From assembly GCA_013425455.1 (NCBI GenBank), contig JACCLI010000011.1, forward strand, positions 1 to 48,643: a stretch of DNA of 48,643 nt, written 5' to 3'. Below are positions 16,576 to 25,951 of this stretch, in pieces. Origin of the DNA: Candidatus Micrarchaeota archaeon (lineage in GTDB: Archaea > Micrarchaeota > Micrarchaeia > Anstonellales > Bilamarchaeaceae). The notes under the pieces were generated by a model. That model ran no database searches and was not told the origin of the DNA. It saw only the letters and a list, made by a program, of their open reading frames with translations. The translations under genes and the position numbers were made by a program. Numbering within the stretch: the first letter of the stretch is position 1; each line of letters starts with the position of its first letter.

Positions 16576-17616
16576 ATGGTTGGCATCGTTGGCTACGGGG
16601 CCTATGTCCCGAAATACAGGATAAAGAGCGAAGTAATCGCAAAAGTGTGGGGGGAGGACCCCGACAGGATAAAGAACGGGCTGGGCGTGCACGAGAAGGC
16701 CGTTGCGTCAAATGATGAGGATGCGGCAACGCTTGCGGTGGAGGCGGCGAAGATTGCGATTCAACGCGCAGGAATTTCTCCGAAGAAGCTCGGGGCCTTG
16801 TATGTGGGGAGCGAATCCCACCCCTATGCGGTGAAGCCAACCGCGACCATTGTGGCCGAGGCGATTGGGGCGACCCCGGAATTGACTGCGGCGGACCTTG
16901 AGTTTGCCTGCAAGGCGGGGACCGCGGGAATACAGATGTGCATGGGCCTTGTGGGCTCTGGAATGGTGGACTACGGGATGGCGATTGGAACGGATACTTC
17001 CCAGGGAAGGCCTGGGGATGCATTAGAATATTCTACTGGATGCGGGGCCGCGGCTTACATAATCGGGAAGGATGCGGAATCCCTTGCCATAATAGAGGAT
17101 ACCTATTCCTACACCACCGATACTCCGGATTTCTGGAGGAGGAACGGCGCGGATTATCCCTCCCACGGAGGGAGATTTACCGGCCCGCCCGGCTATTTCA
17201 AGCACGTGAAGAATGCGACGCTCGGCCTGCTGAAGAAGATGAATGGAAAGGTGGAGGATTACGATTATTTTATTTTCCACCAGCCAAATGGAAAATTTCC
17301 GCGCGCTGTTGCGAAGATGCTCGGGGTGCCGAATGAGAAAATAGAGGAGGGGTTGCTCACTCCCCATATTGGAAACACCTATTCTGGCTCGTCTCCGCTC
17401 GGGCTTGCGAACGTATTGGATGTGGCGAAGGCCGGGGACAGGATTTTCGTGACCTCTTTCGGGAGCGGAGCCGGAAGCGACGCGTTCTCTATTCGTGTGA
17501 CGGATAACATCAAGAATAGGGAGAGGGGAAAGCCTGCTTCCTATTTCATCGAGCAGAAGGAATATCTGGATTACGCAACTTATGCGAAGTATAGGCGCAA
17601 GTTCAAGGGGATGTGA
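16576..17616 (+). CDS. Hydroxymethylglutaryl-CoA synthase (archaeal type)
   Basis: N-terminus [16 protein letters not shown], catalytic Cys context [11 protein letters not shown], and FHQPNGKFP. Sits in an operon with thiolase and DUF35. Confidence 0.9.
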   Translation: MVGIVGYGAYVPKYRIKSEVIAKVWGEDPDRIKNGLGVHEKAVASNDEDAATLAVEAAKIAIQRAGISPKKLGALYVGSESHPYAVKPTATIVAEAIGATPELTAADLEFACKAGTAGIQMCMGLVGSGMVDYGMAIGTDTSQGRPGDALEYSTGCGAAAYIIGKDAESLAIIEDTYSYTTDTPDFWRRNGADYPSHGGRFTGPPGYFKHVKNATLGLLKKMNGKVEDYDYFIFHQPNGKFPRAVAKMLGVPNEKIEEGLLTPHIGNTYSGSSPLGLANVLDVAKAGDRIFVTSFGSGAGSDAFSIRVTDNIKNRERGKPASYFIEQKEYLDYATYAKYRRKFKGM

Positions 17617-18785
17617 TACTCATGAGGAAAGTCGCAATAGTCGGAGTGGGAATGACCAAGTTCGGGGAGCACTGGGAAAGGGGCTTCCGCGACCTTGTTA
17701 CCGAAGCCGGAGTAAAGGCCCTGGAAGATGCGGGGATGTCCGGCGCGGAGATTTCCGCTGGATATGTGGGAACGATGGCCGCTGGGAGCCTTATAGGGCA
17801 GGAGCACACCGGCGCTTTGATTGCGGACTATATGGGATTGAATCCTATTCCAATTACGCGTGTGGAAGGGGCTTGCGCCTCGGGAAGCCTCGCTCTGAGG
17901 CAGGGGCTGATGGCCGTCGCATCCGGGATGCATGATGTAGTGGTGGTTGGGGGGGTGGAGAAGATGACCGACCTGGACACCGCGGAAGTGAGCGAAATTC
18001 TGGGCGGAGCCGGAGACCAGGAGTGGGAGCTTTTCCTAGGTGCTACCTTCCCGGCCCTTTATGCGATGATGGCGAGGAGGTACATGCACGATTACGGGGC
18101 CACGGAGGAGATGCTCGCCTCGGTTGCGGTAAAAAACCATAAGCACGGGAGCATGAACCCCCTTGCGCAATTCCAGAACGAGATTACCATACAGGATGTA
18201 TTGGACTCGAAAATGGTTTCGGATCCGCTTAAGATATTGGACTGCTCGCCCCTTACCGACGGGGCGGCAGCGGTTGTGCTCGCGCCGCTTGATATTGCAA
18301 AGAAATACACGGATACGCCGATAGAGATTGTGGCAAGCGCACAGGCAAGCGACACCATTACGCTTCATAACAGGGATTCCATTACCGGGGTGAAGGCTGC
18401 GCGCATAGCCGCCCAGGCCGCATACAAGCAGGCGGGGGTTTCCCCTTCGCAGATCAAAGTTGCGGAGGTGCACGACTGCTTCACGATTGCGGAACTCATG
18501 GCAATAGAAGATTTGGGCTTCTTCCCGAAAGGGAAGGGCGGGGAGGCCTCCCTGAATGGGGAGACGCAAATAGGCGCGAAGATCCCGATTAATACGAGCG
18601 GCGGGCTGAAGGCTGCGGGGCACCCTGTTGGGGCCACGGGAATAAAACAAGCGGTGGAGATTGCCTGGCAGTTGCAGGGCGAGGCGGGGAAGAGGCAGGT
18701 TTCCGGCGCGGACATCGGGCTTTCCCACAACGTGGGCGGAAGCGGCGCTACCGCCGTAGTGCACATATACAAGAGGGTGAACTAG
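17613..18785 (+). CDS. Acetyl-CoA acetyltransferase (archaeal thiolase)
   Basis: [12 protein letters not shown], active-site [10 protein letters not shown]-terminal [14 protein letters not shown] and [12 protein letters not shown] overlap with the HMGCS stop (ATG 17622 is an alternative start). Confidence 0.9.
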   Translation: MILMRKVAIVGVGMTKFGEHWERGFRDLVTEAGVKALEDAGMSGAEISAGYVGTMAAGSLIGQEHTGALIADYMGLNPIPITRVEGACASGSLALRQGLMAVASGMHDVVVVGGVEKMTDLDTAEVSEILGGAGDQEWELFLGATFPALYAMMARRYMHDYGATEEMLASVAVKNHKHGSMNPLAQFQNEITIQDVLDSKMVSDPLKILDCSPLTDGAAAVVLAPLDIAKKYTDTPIEIVASAQASDTITLHNRDSITGVKAARIAAQAAYKQAGVSPSQIKVAEVHDCFTIAELMAIEDLGFFPKGKGGEASLNGETQIGAKIPINTSGGLKAAGHPVGATGIKQAVEIAWQLQGEAGKRQVSGADIGLSHNVGGSGATAVVHIYKRVN

Positions 18786-19190
18786 ATGAAGGAATCCATT
18801 CCACTCACATGGAGAAAGATACCTGACAGGTACAGGCTGCTCGGGAGCGTATGCAAGAACTGCAACGGCTACTATTTCCCTGCGAGGCACGTGTGCCCGA
18901 AATGCAGGAGGAAAGGGAAGGTTGACGGCTATCAGTTCTCTGGGAGGGGGAGGGTTTTCTCCTTTACGGAAATCCACGCTCCTCCCGCAGGCTTTGAGGA
19001 CCAGATTCCCTACGTGATGGCGATTGTGGAGCTGGCGGAGGGGGCGCGCTGCACCGCCGAGATCGTGGATGTGCTGAGCAAGGATGTGAAGATAGGGGAC
19101 GAGGTGGAGATGGTATTCAGGAAAATCCAGAGCCACGACCCGGAGGGCCTCATCCACTACGGGTTCAAGTTCAAGAAAGTGAAGAAGTAG
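18786..19190 (+). CDS. DUF35 OB-fold/zinc-ribbon protein (thiolase-HMGCS scaffold)
   Basis: Zn ribbon CKNCNGYYFPARHVCPKC followed by an OB-fold-like C-terminus. Starts 1 nt after the thiolase stop. Confidence 0.85.
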   Translation: MKESIPLTWRKIPDRYRLLGSVCKNCNGYYFPARHVCPKCRRKGKVDGYQFSGRGRVFSFTEIHAPPAGFEDQIPYVMAIVELAEGARCTAEIVDVLSKDVKIGDEVEMVFRKIQSHDPEGLIHYGFKFKKVKK

Positions 19191-19249
19191 GTTCCACAAA
19201 ATCCACCTAAATAAACCTTATTTAATTCTTTCCATGCATAATATTTACA

Positions 19250-19666
19250 GTGATTATGATGACTGGAAGATTGGCGGCTGCGGCTTTGATGGTTGGGTTG
19301 GCGGCGGGCGGCGCTTCATGCACAAAAAGGGTGAACCCTACTGAGGAATTCAATCGCATGGGCGAGAGATGCGCAAAGGTGCTCACTCTTACCGAAGGGC
19401 GCGGCTTTCAGATGGAGGCTACTCGTGAGGGGCAATTGCCGGAGAAGGTCGGTTCCGGGGTAGTCAAGAGGGTTGGAAACGGAGATATCCAGCTTGAGCT
19501 ATGGACAGCAAAGGGGCAGCCGGTGACGCTCACCATGAGGGTCGGTGACGAGATAAAAGTCGCCAGTGAAATGGACCCGGCAAGCAATAGGCCTGGCAGA
19601 GTAGTGTTGTGCTCAGCAGAAAATGGGGAAGCAAAATTCGCAGGCACAATCTGGACGCTAGAGTAG
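19250..19666 (+). CDS. Putative secreted lipoprotein
   Basis: Signal-like LAAAALMVGLAAGGASC (lipobox-like), followed by a beta-rich small domain. Confidence 0.5.
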   Translation: MIMMTGRLAAAALMVGLAAGGASCTKRVNPTEEFNRMGERCAKVLTLTEGRGFQMEATREGQLPEKVGSGVVKRVGNGDIQLELWTAKGQPVTLTMRVGDEIKVASEMDPASNRPGRVVLCSAENGEAKFAGTIWTLE

Positions 19667-19714
19667 CCCAGATATCCATTAAAGCTGATGTATGCAGATT
19701 TCTACTGATTTCCG

Positions 19715-20803
19715 ATGATTTCACTTTGCAAGGAGTGCTCTTCAAGATTTGAGAAATCCTTTTCTATTGGCGAATGCTCAATATGCGGCGGGAAGGTTGC
19801 GAAGATGGGCGAGCTTGCGGAGAGGGGCGCGCTTCTTGTTGGCGGGGATTGGGAGTCCTTTTCTGTTTCCACAACCATTCCGCGCGGTTTGCTTGCTGCA
19901 GAAGAGAAAGCCTTTGACTATTCCCCTGGTGAGAGCATCAAGACCTTTGCGAACAGGTATTTTTCCGAGAAGGTTGCTGCCATTTCCGGGCGGAAGTACG
20001 AACCTTCCGGAGGGGACGGGCGCATAATGTTTGATTTCCGCTCCTTCACCGCGAGGCGTGAGCCTGAACCACTATTTTTCTTTGGGCGCTACAGGAAATT
20101 GAAGGAGGGGCTTTCCCAGACCAAATGGGATTGCAGGAAATGCTTCGGGAGGGGATGTGAAAGGTGCAATGGGGAGGGGAAGATGTACCGCTCAGTGGAA
20201 GAGATTATAGGCGAGCCTTTTGTGAAAAAAACGGGCGGAACATTCTGCATGCACGCATCCGGGAGGGAGGACGTGGACGTGGTGAACACTGCCGGAAGGC
20301 CTTTCGTGCTTGAGATCTCCAATCCGGATGCGAGGAAAGTGGATTTGGGGGAGGTGGGAAAAGAGATTGCATCCGGAGGGGAAGTTGAGGTCTCGAATTT
20401 GCGCAGGGTTGGGAGGGGGGACGTGGAGCTGGTTGCGGATTCCCATTTTCCCAAGACGTACCGTGCGTGGATCGAGGTTGAGGGAGGCGCAGGCAGGAAG
20501 GATTTGGAAATGATTCGTGGTTTTTCAGAAATGCTGAAGCAGCAGACGCCGAACCGGGTGATGCACCGGAGGGCGGACAAGGTGAGGGAAAGGCACGCAA
20601 AAGTAGTAAACGCGGGGATGGACGGTGATCTTGTGATGGCGGATATTCTCGCTGATGCGGGAACATACATAAAAGAGCTCATCGGAGGGGACGACGGCAG
20701 GACCGAGCCTTCCTTTTCTTCCCTTCTGGGAAAGGGATGCATCTGCAAGAGGCTCGCGGTAGTGAAAATAGAGGACTATTTTTTGGACCTGGTTCTGGAG
20801 TAA
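19715..20803 (+). CDS. pus10: tRNA pseudouridine(54/55) synthase Pus10
   Basis: N-terminal Zn ribbon CKEC..CSIC, second Cys cluster CRKCFGRGCERCNG, then SGREDVDV..GRPFVLE and YIKELIGGDDGRTEPS blocks. Confidence 0.85.
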   Translation: MISLCKECSSRFEKSFSIGECSICGGKVAKMGELAERGALLVGGDWESFSVSTTIPRGLLAAEEKAFDYSPGESIKTFANRYFSEKVAAISGRKYEPSGGDGRIMFDFRSFTARREPEPLFFFGRYRKLKEGLSQTKWDCRKCFGRGCERCNGEGKMYRSVEEIIGEPFVKKTGGTFCMHASGREDVDVVNTAGRPFVLEISNPDARKVDLGEVGKEIASGGEVEVSNLRRVGRGDVELVADSHFPKTYRAWIEVEGGAGRKDLEMIRGFSEMLKQQTPNRVMHRRADKVRERHAKVVNAGMDGDLVMADILADAGTYIKELIGGDDGRTEPSFSSLLGKGCICKRLAVVKIEDYFLDLVLE

Positions 20804-20833
20804 AGATTAAAAGGAAGGCGCAGATAGAAACGC

Positions 20834-21688
20834 ATGCTTGAAGAACTGCTCTTTTCCCCGATGCAGATGCCCATGGAGACCGCGAGAATCTTCCTTGCGC
20901 TCCTGGGAATGGCGATTGGAACCTACTACGATTTGTTCAACAACAAGAATGTCCCAAATACGTTTTTGTATGCTTTCCTAGCAATCGCTTTCCTATTCAA
21001 TGTGGTGTTCTTTGATTACGATGTATTCGTGTATGCGATGATATTTGGTGTGATAGTAGCTCTTGCCGGGATTGTGCTATATAAAACTGGGCAGATGGGA
21101 GGAGCAGATGTTTTTGTCATTGTCTCGCTTATATTTCTGCTTCCAATCCATCCGTCCTACCTGGCGGTCCCGTTCAATTATCCGCTCATATTCTCGGTTT
21201 TGATTTACGGGGGGGCCGCATTCGCCCTTTATTCCTTTTTCTTCTTCGCGAAAATCCTCTCCGCCAAGAAAACAAAATCAAATCCAAAGTACATCTACCT
21301 CTCCCTTGTCCTCGTCTATGGCCTGTTCGCCTACCTCTTCTTCAACGCGCCCTTCTTTTCCATGGCGTATTTCGCGATAGCATCAATTCTACTGCTCTCC
21401 TCCATCATATTCCTCGTATACCGGGACGCGATAATGGAGGCGACGATGGACCAGGTGTTCGTTAAGGATTTGGAGCCCGAGGACGTGCTCGTTCCCGAGA
21501 GGATGGATGTGCACATGAAGAAGATGGGCATAGGGAACGTGCTTGGCCAGAAGGACATAGATGCATTGAAGAGAAGCGGGACGAAGCACGTGTGGGTCTA
21601 TTCCAACCTTCCGCCCTTCCTGCCTTTCCTGTTTATTGGATTGATTCTGGCGCTGTTCCTTGGAAACCAGCTATTCCTTGCGTTTTAG
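20834..21688 (+). CDS. A24-family aspartic peptidase-like membrane protein (prepilin/preflagellin peptidase type)
   Basis: Polytopic membrane protein. First Asp in IGTYYDLFN, second in a GxGD-like GQMGGADVFV. A soluble insert lies before the last helix, as in FlaK-type enzymes. Confidence 0.6.
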   Translation: MLEELLFSPMQMPMETARIFLALLGMAIGTYYDLFNNKNVPNTFLYAFLAIAFLFNVVFFDYDVFVYAMIFGVIVALAGIVLYKTGQMGGADVFVIVSLIFLLPIHPSYLAVPFNYPLIFSVLIYGGAAFALYSFFFFAKILSAKKTKSNPKYIYLSLVLVYGLFAYLFFNAPFFSMAYFAIASILLLSSIIFLVYRDAIMEATMDQVFVKDLEPEDVLVPERMDVHMKKMGIGNVLGQKDIDALKRSGTKHVWVYSNLPPFLPFLFIGLILALFLGNQLFLAF

Positions 21689-22233
21689 CGCACCAAATCC
21701 GCCTTGGTTATTATGCCGAGGATTTTTCCTTTTTCTACTACTAAAATGGCGGGGCTTTCCTTCAATAATTGGATCACGGATGAGTAGCGCGTATTCCTTC
21801 CCACCTGAGGAAGGGCGGGCTCCATCGCTTCCCGAACGGAGGTTTTCCGTATGTCCTCCATCCTGTACCCTTTTTCTATTAGTGAGAGGACCGCATTTTC
21901 GGAGATTGTCCCGACCACCACGCCCTCTTCCAATACGGGGAGCTGGGAAACCCCTTTCTCGCGCATAAGGGAGAGGGTCTTTCCAATCGGCTCGGAAATC
22001 CTTGCGGAGAAAACCGGGGAGAGCATTATCTCCTCCGCTTTTTTCTCCTCTTTGGCATGCAAAGAATCCAATGCCTCGAATATCCTTTTTGCATTCGAGT
22101 AGGATGGCTCCGCCTTTCCGCTCTCTATTTTTGCGACGAGGGACTGGGATACGCCTGCGAGGCGGGCGAGCTCGCCCTGTGTGAAGCCGAGCGAAACGCG
22201 CTTCTTCCTTATCTCGTTTAACGACGGCAACAT
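21685..22233 (-). CDS. HTH (XRE) plus CBS-pair domain transcriptional regulator
   Basis: LGFTQGELARLAGVSQSLVAKIESGKAEPS HTH followed by two CBS-like motifs. Confidence 0.75.
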   Translation of the reverse strand: MLPSLNEIRKKRVSLGFTQGELARLAGVSQSLVAKIESGKAEPSYSNAKRIFEALDSLHAKEEKKAEEIMLSPVFSARISEPIGKTLSLMREKGVSQLPVLEEGVVVGTISENAVLSLIEKGYRMEDIRKTSVREAMEPALPQVGRNTRYSSVIQLLKESPAILVVEKGKILGIITKADLVR

Positions 22234-22282
22234 GGCGATTACCGATAATAATTAAAAGAGGTGAATTCTAATATATATACCT

Positions 22283-23890
22283 ATGATGCACAGGTCAAAA
22301 TATATTGTTGTCATGGGCTCGATAATGTCCGGCCTAGGGAAAGGCATCTTATCCTCATCCATCGCAAGACTGCTCAAGAAGCGCGGGTACAAAGTGCTAC
22401 CCATCAAATTTGATGGATACCTGAACGTGGACTGCGGGACTATGAACCCCTTCAGGCACGGCGAGGTTTTCGTATTGGATGACGGTTCCGAGGTGGATAT
22501 GGATTTCGGGACTTATGAGAGGTTCCTGAACCAGTCCATTACCGGCAGGTCCAGCATAACCGGCGGGAAGATGTTCAAGAAGGTGATAGAGAAGGAGAGG
22601 CGCGGGGACTTCCTTGGGAGGGACGTGCAGTTCGTGCCTCATCTTACGGATGAGATAAAATGCTGGGTGAAGTGCGTCGCGGAGGAGGAGAAGGCGGATA
22701 TAGTGCTGATAGAAGTGGGCGGAACGGTCGGAGATTTGGAGAACGGATATTTCATAGAGGCGATGAGGCAGCTCAATTATGAGGTGGGGAAGGACCTCCT
22801 CTTTTTGCAATTGACTTTTGTTCCCAGCCTCGGGAAGGGGGAGCCGAAAACAAAACCTACGCAGCACGCGAACCGATTGATACAGAGCATGGGCATAAAG
22901 CCCGAGATAATAATATGCAGGGGCGACGAACCGCTCACGAAGGAGGCGAAGGAGAAGATAAGCCTCTACTGCAACGTTCCTTTTGAGAATGTCATTTATG
23001 ACCCGATGGTGCCGACGGTTTACCAATTGCCCGAAATGCTGGAGAAGCAGAATTTGTATGAGGTGCTCGCAAACAGATTGGAATTGAGGAAGGAGAGCGT
23101 GGAGCAGAGCGAATGGGACAAGCTCGTGGGCAGGATAATCAAGCCGACGCACGAATTGAAGATAGGGATTGTGGGCAAATACACCTCCGTGAGCGACGCG
23201 TATGTGAGCATAAAGGAGGCGCTGGTGCATGCGGGAGCTGCGGTGAATGCGAAGGCGGATTTCGAGTTCGTGGATTCCGAGGAGTTTGAGGGGAAGGTTG
23301 CGAAGGAACTGGAGAAATTTGATGCGATTATCGTTCCTGGAGGATTCGGGAAGAGGGGAATAGAGGGAAAGATAAAGGCGATACAGTATTGCCGGGAAAA
23401 TGGAGTTCCTTACCTCGGGCTGTGCCTGGGGATGCAGATGATGGTCGTGGAGTATGCGAGGAACATGTGCGGGATGAAGGGCGCGAATTCCTCGGAAATA
23501 GAGAAGGAGACGCCCCATCCTGTGATTGATATCCTGCCTGAGCAGGTGAGCATAATAGAGAAGGGCGCGACGATGCGCCTCGGGGCCTATCCGTGCATTC
23601 TGAAGGAAGGGACTAAGGCATTTGAGTTATATGGGGAGAAGAACATCAGTGAGCGGCACAGGCACAGGTATGAAGTGAATCCCAATTACGTTGCGAAATT
23701 GGAAGAGGGCGGCCTGATAATTTCCGGAGTTTCCCCCAAGAACAATATCGTGGAGATGTGCGAGTGGAAAGAAGGGTTTGGGATTGGGACTCAGGCGCAT
23801 CCGGAACTGAAGAGCAGGCTGGAGGCTCCGGCGCCACTATTTGTGGGATTATTGAAAGCTGCACTGAAGAGAAAAAAGAAGGAGAGCTAG
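22283..23890 (+). CDS. pyrG: CTP synthase
   Basis: YIVVMGSIMSGLGKGI N-terminus and the glutaminase active site YLGLCLGMQ. The 535-aa length fits. Confidence 0.95.
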   Translation: MMHRSKYIVVMGSIMSGLGKGILSSSIARLLKKRGYKVLPIKFDGYLNVDCGTMNPFRHGEVFVLDDGSEVDMDFGTYERFLNQSITGRSSITGGKMFKKVIEKERRGDFLGRDVQFVPHLTDEIKCWVKCVAEEEKADIVLIEVGGTVGDLENGYFIEAMRQLNYEVGKDLLFLQLTFVPSLGKGEPKTKPTQHANRLIQSMGIKPEIIICRGDEPLTKEAKEKISLYCNVPFENVIYDPMVPTVYQLPEMLEKQNLYEVLANRLELRKESVEQSEWDKLVGRIIKPTHELKIGIVGKYTSVSDAYVSIKEALVHAGAAVNAKADFEFVDSEEFEGKVAKELEKFDAIIVPGGFGKRGIEGKIKAIQYCRENGVPYLGLCLGMQMMVVEYARNMCGMKGANSSEIEKETPHPVIDILPEQVSIIEKGATMRLGAYPCILKEGTKAFELYGEKNISERHRHRYEVNPNYVAKLEEGGLIISGVSPKNNIVEMCEWKEGFGIGTQAHPELKSRLEAPAPLFVGLLKAALKRKKKES

Positions 23891-24237
23891 ATTTCTATTT
23901 CCTTGTGCGGAACAGAAGAGAGGGCGTTCCTCAGCCTGTAATCGTCTATGATTATGCCCGCCTTCCTGACCTTTTCCTCGCGCTTGTTCGCTTCCCCGAG
24001 GATGGATTCCACGTAGAGGCCGAAATCCGAAAGGTTTTCCGAGCCGTCCTCCATCATCTTCTCAATTATTTTCGCGATGAAAGATTTTCCCATCTCGTCG
24101 CTTCCCCAGATGCTCATGGCGAGGGCGACCTGGTCCACGAAGAAGTCCTTGTGCTTGTCTTCCATCTTCTCCCAGACCTTGACTATTTTCTTTTTTGTAT
24201 TTTCATCAACGTCTTCGAATACCCCCATCATCACCAC
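23887..24237 (-). CDS. Hypothetical acidic protein (116 aa), last gene of the DRG operon
   Basis: Protein-like ORF that overlaps the upstream small ORF by 7 nt. Confidence 0.5.
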   Translation of the reverse strand: MVMMGVFEDVDENTKKKIVKVWEKMEDKHKDFFVDQVALAMSIWGSDEMGKSFIAKIIEKMMEDGSENLSDFGLYVESILGEANKREEKVRKAGIIIDDYRLRNALSSVPHKEIEI

Positions 24238-24458
24238 CTGTCCAACGCCTTCACGCCTTTATCGAGGGCGTCCGCAAGCTTCTCAGCCAATTGCTGGGAT
24301 TTCTTGTCAACCTGCACTTCCGGAAGCTCCTGTATCCTCTTCCTGGGGACCTCGCCCGAAAGCTCCCCGTGCCTCCTTTCTATCCTTTGCTCAATCTCCC
24401 TGAAAACATCAGAATAAGACCGTTCCCGGACAATTTTCTCAGTCGGCTCCCTTGCCAT
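24231..24458 (-). CDS. Hypothetical charged helical protein (75 aa)
   Basis: Same strand and tight spacing within the DRG operon. Confidence 0.45.
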   Translation of the reverse strand: MAREPTEKIVRERSYSDVFREIEQRIERRHGELSGEVPRKRIQELPEVQVDKKSQQLAEKLADALDKGVKALDRW

Positions 24459-24500
24459 CCCAACACCTATTCATTCTCCTTATTTGGATTTTTATTATTA

Positions 24501-24767
24501 TCACTTGATTTTGATGTCGAACTCCGGCTCGATTTTTCTCCATTCATCCATATAATACTGGTAAAGCGCCTTGGTCGTTGAATCATACACGAGGCTTGTC
24601 TTGCTTGCGGCCTCGGTGGGCCGGTCTATCTCTATCAACGGAAACCGGTAGGTCCAGGGGATTTTCTCCCTCAATTCGTTCCTCTCCACCATGGAAACCA
24701 GCTTCCGCTCCTTCTTCCTCGCCTCGCACCAGTCTACTACCTGCTTTATTTCCTTTTCAGTCGGCAT
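24501..24767 (-). CDS. Hypothetical protein (88 aa)
   Basis: Starts 5 nt downstream of the DRG stop. Protein-like composition. Confidence 0.5.
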   Translation of the reverse strand: MPTEKEIKQVVDWCEARKKERKLVSMVERNELREKIPWTYRFPLIEIDRPTEAASKTSLVYDSTTKALYQYYMDEWRKIEPEFDIKIK

Positions 24768-24771
24768 TTTC

Positions 24772-25857
24772 TTACCTTTTGACTATGAATATTACGTCTC
24801 CGTCCTGGAGCACGTGGTCCAATCCCACTCTCTGCCCCTGGAACTTGGCGCTCTTTCCCCATATTAATGCGTATTTGAAGTCCTTGAGGAAAGCCTTCGG
24901 GAGCTTCCTGCACATGGCTTCGATAGTGGAGCCGGTCTTCATTATCATCGGTTCGTTCCATTTGATTTCCCCTGTGCGCGGCTTCGTGTACACCTTCATA
25001 AACCCCAATTTTTCGTATATGGCTTTCTTGACTTCTTCGATTCCAGCTCCCCTGTCCGCGGAGATTCCAACCGCGCCCGTTGGGAAGCCCGGCGGGATTC
25101 CTCCGGTGAGGTCCACCTTGTTCACTACGACGAGCGCCTTTGAATATACCCTGTTCGCCTCCAGGGCGTCAATCAAATCGTCCGTCGTATAATTGTCCCC
25201 GAAGGTAATGTCCCCGTTATGGAATCCGTATTCGTTGAGGACAGAGATTATCGCCTGCGGGGTGAGACGGGTGAGCTTCACCGCTGAGTGTATCCTTATG
25301 CCGCCCTTTATCCCCTTCTTTACGCTTATGCGGGGGGGATGGCCCTCCAGCCTTATCCCCACTTCCCGCAGCTCCTTTGTAATCACGTCATACTGCCAGG
25401 GGTTTAGCGGCTCGAGAAGGATTAGGATGAGGTCCGCCTTCCGGGCTACGGAAAGGATTTCCTTTCCCCTCCCCTTCCCCACCTGTGCGCCCGCTATTAT
25501 CCCGGGAAGGTCAAGGATTTGGATGCTCGCGCCCCCGTATTCCAGTATTCCGGGGATGCATTCCAGCGTCGTGAACTCGTAGGCGGCTATCTTTGATTTC
25601 GCATTTGTAAGTTTAGTAATTAGGGTTGACTTGCCCACGCTCGGGAACCCGACCATCACCACGGTCGCATCCCCCTCCTTCCTTATGTCGAAGCCTCCGC
25701 CGCTAATGGAGGACTTCTTGATTGCGCGGTCCACCCTCTCGCGCTTAAACCGGGCGACCTTCGCGAGCAGGAGGCCTATGTGATGCTCTGTCCCCTTGTG
25801 CCGCTTCGTATTGCGGATCTCGTCCTCTAATGCTTTTATCTTCTCGTCTACTCCCAT
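24772..25857 (-). CDS. Developmentally regulated GTP-binding protein (DRG) homolog with TGS domain
   Basis: G1 GFPSVGKSTL, G3 DLPGII, G4 NKVDL, C-terminal TGS (VLQDGDVIFIVKR). Start taken at ATG 25857 (MGVDEKIKALEDEI). The longer ORF to 26034 would overlap the divergent gene. Confidence 0.9.
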   Translation of the reverse strand: MGVDEKIKALEDEIRNTKRHKGTEHHIGLLLAKVARFKRERVDRAIKKSSISGGGFDIRKEGDATVVMVGFPSVGKSTLITKLTNAKSKIAAYEFTTLECIPGILEYGGASIQILDLPGIIAGAQVGKGRGKEILSVARKADLILILLEPLNPWQYDVITKELREVGIRLEGHPPRISVKKGIKGGIRIHSAVKLTRLTPQAIISVLNEYGFHNGDITFGDNYTTDDLIDALEANRVYSKALVVVNKVDLTGGIPPGFPTGAVGISADRGAGIEEVKKAIYEKLGFMKVYTKPRTGEIKWNEPMIMKTGSTIEAMCRKLPKAFLKDFKYALIWGKSAKFQGQRVGLDHVLQDGDVIFIVKR

Positions 25858-25951
25858 CGCTTCAGATATCGGAGATAAGGTTTTAATTCTCCTCTCCCAT
25901 TCAAAGCGCATGTGCAACATCGTCCTCGAAGGTACCCGCGGCGTAGTGGAC

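Noticed and set aside
18036-19199. 387-aa minus-strand ORF antisense to the thiolase and DUF35 genes. Similar long antisense ORFs occur at 15745..16692(-), 22397..23518(-), 30251..31630(-), 31726..32859(-), 39576..40571(-), 41480..42475(+), 42599..43282(+) and 43276..44121(-).
   Set aside because: - Their translations are Arg/Pro/His/Leu-rich and low-complexity.
- The opposite strand encodes proteins with unmistakable family motifs.
- These are typical shadow ORFs of GC-rich coding DNA.
19683-19740. Possible C/D-box sRNA (CUGAUGU ... CUGA ... GAUGAUU) in the gap before pus10.
   Set aside because: - The C box is imperfect.
- No terminal D box CUGA occurs at the right distance.
- The putative C' box is the pus10 start codon region.
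25796-25951. N-terminal extension of the ATPase ORF overlapping the DRG start on the opposite strand.
   Set aside because: - The segment is antisense to the DRG N-terminus.
- It leaves no room for either promoter.
- Internal ATGs at 25910 and 25952 are more plausible.
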